Under the pieces are notes generated by a model, which was not told where the DNA came from, did not search any database, and worked only from the letters and a program-made list of their open reading frames with translations. Positions 63,545 through 64,000 of a stretch of DNA of 64,000 nucleotides are shown one piece after another (the stretch's first letter is position 1; every line of letters starts with the position of its first letter). Origin of the DNA: Paraspadella gotoi (taxonomy: Eukaryota; Animalia; Chaetognatha); contig CM119270.1 in the NCBI GenBank assembly GCA_051294375.1, positions 7,156,564 to 7,220,563 of the forward strand, in the 5' to 3' direction. Both the position numbers and the translations under genes were made by a program.

Positions 63545-63725
63545 ATCCCTTAAGCCCTTATCTTCAACTCTGCCTTAGACTCTACCCTAATAGAAAAAAC
63601 CTTAATTCCCTAATTCTTAATCCTAATCGATAAAGACTATCCCTTAATCCTAAAGCTAATCCTAAAGGCTTAGTCCCTAACCAATTAACCTAAATCTAAT
63701 CCTTTAACCCCTCAACCCCAAAACT
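63545..63725. repeat. Degenerate CCTAA/CCCTAA hexamer-like repeat
   Basis: Many CCCTAA, TCCTAA and ACCTAA units, interrupted and heterogeneous. Confidence 0.6.
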
Positions 63726-64000
63726 AAATTTTATATAAAAAAACACTTTATTCTATTTTTTAACTCAAATGTGGCGTTGTTGGAAAATAAGCCCCAGAAA
63801 TTATACCACATTCGCACTCCAAAAATCCCCAGCTTAAAAGACGTCTCGTGGAGAAAAAAAAATTTCTAGTCATGGGAAGTACTTGCATAAGCGCGGAGGT
63901 AAGGACGCGGCGAGAGAATGCATGGGCATAATGGTAAGGGGTGAGTTGGAGAGCAAGGGTTGGGGCTGATTGGGGCCCAAAATATGCGCTAAGTTTGACG

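Noticed and set aside
63545-63725. Telomere
   Set aside because: Highly degenerate, short and internal. Not a clean (TTAGGG)n or (TTAGG)n array.

Overview
This is AT-rich animal genomic DNA, not prokaryotic (BEL/Pao retroelements are essentially metazoan). It comes from an error-prone, gap-filled assembly saturated with (GA)n, (GAAA)n, (GAC)n and (GAT)n microsatellites, and most of the supplied ORFs are microsatellite artefacts. Roughly 4.7-36.8 kb is one locus represented 2-4 times. Most of this redundancy sits across exact 25-N gaps and is probably assembly duplication, but copy A carries two insertions absent from copy B: a 626-bp foldback MITE with an 8-bp TSD and a ~1.5-kb TIR-like element. 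Two LTR retrotransposons are clear. One is a 5'-truncated Ty3/Gypsy element on the minus strand (40070-43510) whose LTR contains an antisense tRNA-like Pol III cassette, the most interesting item here. The other is a near-complete, frameshifted BEL/Pao element on the plus strand (55980-62034). There are also several motif-rich minisatellites (CCAAT, TGACG, CCGGATGT), a ~100-bp dimeric satellite, scattered candidate exons and an unidentified coding-like island at 54.4-55.95 kb. No recognisable host gene, CRISPR array or rRNA was found.
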